DNA of 9,499 nucleotides from an uncultured Erysipelotrichaceae bacterium (GTDB lineage: Bacteria > Bacillota_I > Bacilli_A > Erysipelotrichales > Erysipelotrichaceae), in contig CAYWGS010000057.1 of the NCBI GenBank assembly GCA_964457525.1, positions 1 to 9,499 of the forward strand. The letters are read 5' to 3'. The notes beneath the pieces were generated by a model. It ran no database searches and was not told the DNA's origin. It was given only the letters and a program-made list of their open reading frames with translations. Positions 8,601-9,499 of the stretch are shown one piece after another (the first letter of the stretch is position 1; each line of letters opens with the position of its first letter). The translations under genes and the position numbers were made by a program.

Positions 8601-9460
8601 GTATCGATTTCATTTGAGATATCCGTAAATACAGGGTCAATAATGACAGGATAAACACGATCATCTGAATTCATCCACTCAGAATTTACCGTCAATGTTA
8701 AAGAATATCCACTTTCTAATTGTGTGACAGATAGATTCAAATCTGTTAATTCATTCCCATTCGCATCTACAGCCACAGGTGCTTTTAATTCAAATAAGCG
8801 ATTTGATTTCGAATCAATAATGTAAAGATGCCCATTCTCATCAATTAAGCTTCCTTTATCAATATTGATTGTATATGAAAAAGAGTAATTTTCTTGTGGA
8901 GCAAGTAAGGTAATTTCTTCTTTAAACGAACTTGCATTTAAAGTATATGTAAAATAAGTATTTCTTTTATCCGTATTATAAAAAACAGAATTTTGATTAA
9001 CTAACGCTGACTTAAAAGTGTATCCTGTTGGAACATAACTAACAACAGTCTTACCATATTCTAATCGAATTGGGCTATTCACACTTAATAAATCTGGCAA
9101 TATTCCTGAGAATGAGATAGCTTCATTTTTAAATTCTTTTTGACCTTTTTTATCAAATAAGCCTTTTTTAACCTCTTTAAAACCTTCAAGGACTTTGCTT
9201 GAGTTTGATTTACTATGATCCAAATAATCCTCTAAGAAGATGGATGAATTACTGGAATCAGGTAATTCATGTGTTGGTTCTGTCACTGTTTTTTCTAGTT
9301 TACCTGGCTTAACATCTTTTACTAATGCTCTTTTAGCATTACCAAGTATATTATACTGCTCAGAAACATTGCCTTTAACTAAAGCTGAAACCGGTTGTAA
9401 GACAACCATCAATTCTGCAAATACAATTAGACATAATAAAATCTTTCGAATCCTTTTCAT
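1..9460 (-). CDS. Giant secreted RHS/YD-repeat protein (polymorphic-toxin-type shell protein); first 3,153 codons, 3' end lies beyond position 1
   Basis: Manual codon-by-codon translation. ATG at 9460-9458, then every plus-strand triplet whose start coordinate is 2 mod 3, down to 2-4, is a sense codon (none is tta/cta/tca). An in-frame TAG upstream at 9494-9496 bounds the start. N-terminus is MKRIRKILLCLIVFAELMVVLQPVSA. There are dozens of YD-repeat hairpins, e.g. FEYDANGNQTKKTE (5072-5113), YEYDGVGNKTSETD (2405-2446), YYYDGAGRLVEEINPLG, FTYDGLNRIVQTVQPNG. The other five frames never exceed ~100 codons according to the ORF track. Confidence 0.95.
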   Translation of the reverse strand, partial: MKRIRKILLCLIVFAELMVVLQPVSALVKGNVSEQYNILGNAKRALVKDVKPGKLEKTVTEPTHELPDSSNSSIFLEDYLDHSKSNSSKVLEGFKEVKKGLFDKKGQKEFKNEAISFSGILPDLLSVNSPIRLEYGKTVVSYVPTGYTFKSALVNQNSVFYNTDKRNTYFTYTLNASSFKEEITLLAPQENYSFSYTINIDKGSLIDENGHLYIIDSKSNRLFELKAPVAVDANGNELTDLNLSVTQLESGYSLTLTVNSEWMNSDDRVYPVIIDPVFTDISNEIDTSISETTPTVSSPYDSQLVVGYDGTGRNRSFFKINNDLLQELEQDASVINQATLTLYAPNDTQLLNQRIQLCSINESFDFINATWENGNDLDATCQSSTPVIAENLKYFTNYFPALTALPTEFTLNHVINSGVPTTAFDAQTLYTILDGNNATYIQSINGEQLVNQEIVINLNKFIRPEEVYLNYGGDADSSGENLTIQFINTNTNESITQLVSNGMSSQTQNDNYEQTLSFEPTLSLYNQVKLTIESTQAQGKPRINEFQITKYQLEEHFVKVDLTSYLQDLLTNNLENRGFYLRFEDEMNPMIEFTSNDSLDHKPEISVDYESIFDVSPNYPLEGIQLNLRPIVTNTNGNYQFQSITFDGVSKPGSEVSLYLNKVSNNEAIINGEVITDITNTFISPLNSNFKSSNNLLNSSFFVGNELYQVEAEAKKDGVTSTRTKESFIIAHLGYFNNLADLAFFYGVDAETIKQDNQIVGAVNAQSRLFIRNPKRNIGVAYTEASTKYITETKSSDYLLGLNSFNEYYQNRINLNTGNYYLSHTDMTYMMFGEEVSVTRVFNSQNSLGLHHFGKSWEYNFNYILLNYDDNKLVFKKEDGQKIYFEKTANGYTTQNNDTHTLALVNGKYQITAKDRSYYFSLNNQIEKITYLNGNEVNYVYDENLRLYRVILENGDELELTYNSTGLIESLSYVSVISDKRTTAQRVTYVYNADDQLKQVTDPIGFKTYYEYDQLGRIISWTDKSGNLVDQVTYDNENRVTALINANNVTNNFKYYRNKGYTEWFQKIQVDGQTIEDKLIQRISYNEGFKTERIDYTNGSVELKKYNTSNGQLEVETLMNGTTLKYAYDTKQNITSITRSDGKVRTFTYDSNNNRLSETDFNGNLTQYTYTNNLRTKITYVNGSTEQFTYENTLLKTSKDRKGNITTFDYDGKGRLVKVTYPNSETQQTQYNLMGYPTRETDTFGNKRVISRNYLNEIVYETTFEGDITETTYTGNGLPLTKTDGNSNTRRFEYDNLNQLTKQVDSYGNYVLTTYDSFGNKVREDKYNASNVLLVQGSTSYYDLNHRLIRIENIDGSYEKYQYNIEGELERKVRSTTNSEELVTLYRYDRFVNKVIQEHLPDGNIVTRNFDSVGNLLQEVSAEGVLTRFEYNSMNQLTKKTEDSGLVTTFEYDANGNQTKKTEHVNDSQVYYTNWSDWTLASQSGVATDKNVETYTEYREKEYEERWVNANAYLNYQYLSQERELNSVQKSWLHTQGYGNPWTNGFVNRVTIDGTKPANLYGYKDYEYAIWGGCIASDLGTDTGGTYCKKFYLYYVEYLFGGYPTNFTNWQKEPILKHENNIVETQKVYKIDGVVSTTYNPSNTDTELIDKESLLKRKFYSTTGMSAWTTTQISGSDNVVVEERFLYRSSMSTTKESSKVVEPGYIRTTTKREQSGLGGYQHTNLFGFAWKDGLLGEIVLNGNTVNLYGYKDYDYRLWGDCSASEKATDAQGSYCKKTQYRYVLYTFESSGEYGEYQEDKIIDTSSINVQSKKEYRSETRSYTDYQFLADELHPNESNITLDEIYVRSRSKMTVPNDTVISMGDSINIMTGVSAVDAKGNNITNLITTNVSTVDTSKEGTVEIIYTLGTTGLEVIRVIEIQDNRDNKQLSTWTTQPESLTTMTQSSTVQLVSTQNYKDYLISPNGWVEKVEVNPGTTPATGTVRILESNPYYKERTKSQAIIGSSTPPDSSYQYVKQLPTVYTAWTDVTLEWDSCTNVSANIQRGGFSNDWIKKKYSVISGYWTYAQHPGDYQYAYYPHTRCGVSVRYKYGNYYAGANTAYRVMESTRGYYEQYEFIKFGAWSSWISGNKASDTSYDRLNQNLYRYLDGTMSGWIPSGAEVPTNYYPLNTQTRYTYQTRSELSAKKYALVNKGETKSLSSYYSYIDPISGDLSSQVSIQVSFNGEDVTSQLIGTQFTFNEVGQYEVKYQVNGLESIQTIAVKGVKADRVTEYTYNSMDQMTSSKDAMGNVTTFAYSNGQLVTKTDALGNKEVNTFNRNNQLVENKTIDGNNTTLSLKKYEYDGVGNKTSETDLYGFTTKSVYDANGLIVQSIKPVFDANNELVTATTQYYYDGAGRLVEEINPLGKSTKTTYDVMSRVVSVKNSAPNVAEVEELAMVYDINGQVTKLTKQGIVTDFTYNKFGDILVEKSATGLYTFREYDKFHRLTKEIKADQADVNLIDDTARITRVQYNHLGRVSSKNDVLGRRSTFKYDAYGNVVAQRDFDGLFTQTFYNANNQVELFIDARGNHTYNYYNALNQLVRTIDGTGSKTDYQYNAMNHLVLSTNALNESTLYEVNMYGNVTKKIDAKSNTTIMVYGPNQKVEEVKYYNTNALDDDLLTIKYDYDKLDNLVKESKIYKDALNGDTETVVTTRTYNAFGNCTQSIDERNFETIYQYNGYNQLVRTQYPNGLIAINSYDPLTGSLLEVKQEDSDPLTSDRSIQYTYNVFGEMTKEVATNGSFKSKEYRVDGQVKQESFSNDNLTSTDDDYINTYTFDSNGRLIQVSDNATYNAETQSYSDQILETRTYTKYGDLKSTTNQSGLTTDYNYDAYGRQISKTAKNVLVETTVNGQLQSLTQDLVTTFTYDGLNRIVQTVQPNGVMVEVDYDEVGNVVTKTNTDGSISKTESYEYNRLNQVVKSTNALNEVTHNLIDPLGRTVKVTYPNNETLETTYDTTGNKIKEVAYNASNELVKQTEWVYDSMKRVTQIKELRTLQGVTDEALTTYTYSAFGDLITVQDPSGFIVTYSYDSMRNKTKTSYANEHEIDYTYTLGGQLKEKSYSSKSSDPFNLFTVREIYTYTKDGKLQTKVDNPPVSESENKKTETYRYTNGLLTEK
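2669..2848 (-). other. Short Ig-like segment at the C-terminal edge of the insertion (aa ~2205-2264)
   Basis: IDPISGDLSSQVSIQVSFNGEDVTSQLIGTQFTFNEVGQYEVKYQVNGLESIQTIAVKGV. The ..F.f.evGqYeVkYqV......v.V ending resembles the C-terminal half of Big_3/DUF5011-type domains. Confidence 0.4.
3011..3418 (-). repeat. Possible third, degenerate copy of the insertion module (aa ~2015-2150)
   Basis: TVYTAWTDVTLEWDSC...GYWTYAQHPGDYQYAYYPHTRCGVSVRYKYGNYYAG...YYEQYEFIKFGAWSSWISG...NLYRYL. GDYQYA..(6)..C parallels KDYEYA..(4)..C of copy 1. The second core Cys is absent and another Cys (2035) lies upstream. Confidence 0.35.
3698..3949 (-). other. Ig-like domain of the Big_3 / DUF5011 type inside the insertion (aa ~1838-1921)
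   Basis: NITLDEIYVRSRSKMTVPNDTVISMGDSINIMTGVSAVDAKGNNITNLITTNVSTVDTSKEGTVEIIYTLGTTGLEVIRVIEIQ. It carries the hallmark ..v.vG..fd....v.A.D..G.dit..v.v.g.VDTSK.GTy.v.Yt......v.V.V. Confidence 0.6.
3971..4495 (-). repeat. Insertion module copy 2 (aa ~1656-1830): W-motif plus Cys-pair core NLYGYKDYDYRLWGDCSASEKATDAQGSYCKK
   Basis: The core lies at 4130-4225 (aa 1746-1777; Cys1761 and Cys1775), exactly 187 aa (561 nt) after the copy-1 core. The layout is the same: FYSTTGMSAWTTT...VVEERFLYRS, ~78 aa, core, then EYQEDK...VQSKKEYRSETR. The two copies are clearly diverged at the nucleotide level. Confidence 0.7.
4496..5059 (-). repeat. Insertion module copy 1 (aa ~1468-1655): W-motif plus Cys-pair core NLYGYKDYEYAIWGGCIASDLGTDTGGTYCKK
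   Basis: The core lies at 4691-4786 (aa 1559-1590; Cys1574 and Cys1588). It is collinear with copy 2: YYTNWSDWT...VETYTEYRE, ~80 aa, core, then TNWQKEP...VETQKVYK. Confidence 0.7.
5069..6760 (-). repeat. YD/RHS-repeat block 1 (aa ~901-1464), protein-level repeats
   Basis: Successive hairpins: VNYVYDENLRLYRV, VTYVYNADDQLKQVTDPIGFKTYYEYDQLGRIISWTDKSGN, LKYAYDTKQNITSITRSDGKVRTFTYDSNNNRLSETDFNGNLTQYTY, TTFDYDGKGRLVKVTYPNS, RRFEYDNLNQLTKQVDSYGNYVLTTYDSFGNKV, TRFEYNSMNQLTKKTEDSGLVTTFEYDANGNQTKKTE. Confidence 0.9.
6761..7030 (-). other. RHS shell N-terminal plug region (DUF6531-like; aa ~811-900)
   Basis: NRINLNTGNYYLSHTDMTYMMFGEEVSVTRVFNSQNSLGLHHFGKSWEYNFNYIL...VFKKEDGQKIYFEK matches the canonical entry into RHS shells: vNl.tGNl.l..tDl.l.g.g..l.l.RtYNSq.....fG.GW. 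Confidence 0.7.
7136..7279 (-). other. Degenerate LysM-like segment (aa ~728-775)
   Basis: FIIAHLGYFNNLADLAFFYGVDAETIKQDNQIVGAVNAQSRLFIRNP has the LysM spacing (h.v..GDTL..IA..YGv....l...N.l.....l..Gq.L.IP), but the GDT turn is not conserved. Confidence 0.3.
7280..7603 (-). other. Ig-like beta-sandwich domain (aa ~620-727)
   Basis: QSITFDGVSKPGSEVSLYLNKVSNNEAIINGEVITDITNTF...FFVGNELYQVEAEAKKDGVTST resembles the bacterial Ig-like pattern i.fsG.a.pgs.V.vy.ng...g...vd..G.f.....l..G...v.a.a.d..Gn.S. Confidence 0.35.
7631..8575 (-). other. CBM96/DNRLRE-like beta-sandwich, split into two halves (aa ~296-610)
   Basis: N-half: VVGYDGTGRNRSFFKINNDLL..ASVINQATLTLYAP..RIQLCSINESFDFINATWENGN. This matches the family pattern g...RSLLKFDL...I.sA.L.LY....v..v...W.E..vTW.N. 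C-half: HFVKVDLTSYLQDLLTNNLENRGFYLRFEDE..IEFTSNDSLDHKPEISVDY, matching the pattern ..fDvT..vq.w....N.Gf.l......f.S.e....kP.L.v.Y. About 180 aa separate the halves where I would expect a few tens. Confidence 0.5.
7811..8218 (-). other. Discoidin / F5-F8 type C (galactose-binding-like) module nested inside the DNRLRE-like domain (aa ~415-550)
   Basis: AFDAQTLYTILDGNNATYIQS...EIVINLNKFIRPEEVYLNYGG...NLTIQFINTNTNESITQLVS...EQTLSFEPTLSLYNQVKLTIESTQAQGKPRINEFQI. This follows the usual order: a.DGn..T.W.s, then v.idL...i..v.l.w, then y.iq.S.d...w, then f.....ar.vrl, then i.Efev. Confidence 0.45.
8621..9079 (-). other. N-terminal beta-rich domain ending in the VYPVIIDP motif (aa ~128-280)
   Basis: Alternating beta-strand-like pattern: YVPTGYTFKSALV..FYNTDKRNTYFTYTLNASSFKEEITLL..YSFSYTINIDKGSLIDENGHLYIID..LFELKAPVAVDANGNEL..LSVTQLESGYSLTLTVNSEWMNSDDRVYPVIIDPV. 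From memory, this arrangement (..KE.I.L.., ..P.a.DAnG.., ..R.YPV.IDP) recurs upstream of DNRLRE-type domains in large Gram-positive surface proteins. No family name assigned. Confidence 0.4.
9383..9460 (-). other. Sec-type signal peptide (aa 1-26), predicted cleavage after VSA
   Basis: MKRIRK (basic n-region), then ILLCLIVFAELMVVLQPV (hydrophobic core), then VSA|LVKG (small residues at -3/-1). The Glu inside the h-region is slightly atypical. Confidence 0.7.
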
Positions 9461-9499
9461 ACTTTCCCCTTGTCTCTCATGATTAATTCGATTCTAAAT
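9457..9499 (-). CDS. Possible 3' end of an upstream minus-strand ORF whose TGA overlaps the giant gene's ATG (ATGA overlap)
   Basis: In the frame ending GTA-TGA, the 13 codons available in the window are open (...FRIELIMRDKGKV*). The stop TGA occupies 9459-9457 and shares TG with the ATG at 9460-9458. Only 43 nt are visible, so this may be chance. Confidence 0.2.
   Translation of the reverse strand, partial: FRIELIMRDKGKV
9465..9471 (-). promoter_or_regulatory. Shine-Dalgarno-like ribosome binding site (AAGGGGA) for the giant CDS
   Basis: Minus-strand sequence upstream of the start reads ...GAGACAAGGGGAAAGT-ATG. The purine-rich AAGGGGA ends 4 nt before the ATG, and the G-run ends 5 nt before it. 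Confidence 0.6.

Noticed and set aside
9240-9482. Track ORF, + strand, 80 aa, overlapping the start region
   Set aside because: It is antisense to the signal-peptide and N-terminal coding region and to the RBS of the giant gene. There is no independent support for it.
9491-9496. TAGAAT (minus strand) as a -10 promoter hexamer ~30 nt upstream of the ATG
   Set aside because: It is a 5/6 match to TATAAT, but the -35 region would lie outside the window, such hexamers are common in AT-rich DNA, and the ATGA overlap offers a competing operon-internal interpretation. It is not supportable as a feature.
1-9499. DNA-level repeats, CRISPR array, tRNA/rRNA, IS elements or terminators
   Set aside because: The periodicity is at the protein level only (YD hairpins with diverged codons). 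I saw no near-identical direct repeats with unique spacers, no cloverleaf-like or rRNA-like segments, and no transposase or terminal inverted repeats. No intergenic space exists except 39 nt at the right edge.

Overview
The window is essentially one gene. A single uninterrupted minus-strand reading frame starts at the ATG at 9460-9458 and runs to and past position 1. I translated it codon by codon: 3,153 sense codons, no in-frame stop. The supplied ORF track does not list it, presumably because it has no stop codon inside the window. All seven track ORFs are antisense or off-frame artefacts inside this gene. The DNA is AT-rich (about one-third G+C by eye) and uses the standard code (Trp = TGG). 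A Shine-Dalgarno-like AAGGGGA sits just upstream of the start, which fits a low-GC Gram-positive (Bacillota-like) origin; that origin is inference. The product is a giant Sec-secreted RHS/YD-repeat protein of the polymorphic-toxin shell type. Architecture by eye, N- to C-terminal: signal peptide (aa 1-26); beta-rich N-terminal domain ending in VYPVIIDP; a CBM96/DNRLRE-like beta-sandwich split by a nested discoidin-like module; an Ig-like domain; a degenerate LysM-like segment; the RHS N-terminal plug (INLNTGNYYLSHTD...FGKSWEYNF); YD-repeat block 1 (aa ~901-1464); an ~802-aa non-YD insertion (aa ~1465-2266); and YD-repeat block 2 (aa ~2267 to >3153). The insertion is the most unusual part. It holds two tandem ~187-aa copies of a cysteine-pair module (NLYGYKDY[ED]Y..WG.C.AS...D..G.YCKK) that I cannot assign to any named family. 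It also holds a possible third degenerate copy, two Ig-like domains, and a recurring W...(V/T)(E/Q)T...Y(R/K) motif. The RHS-associated core, the C-terminal toxin domain and any immunity gene are not in the window and should lie beyond position 1. All domain-family names are pattern recognition by eye, not HMM results.
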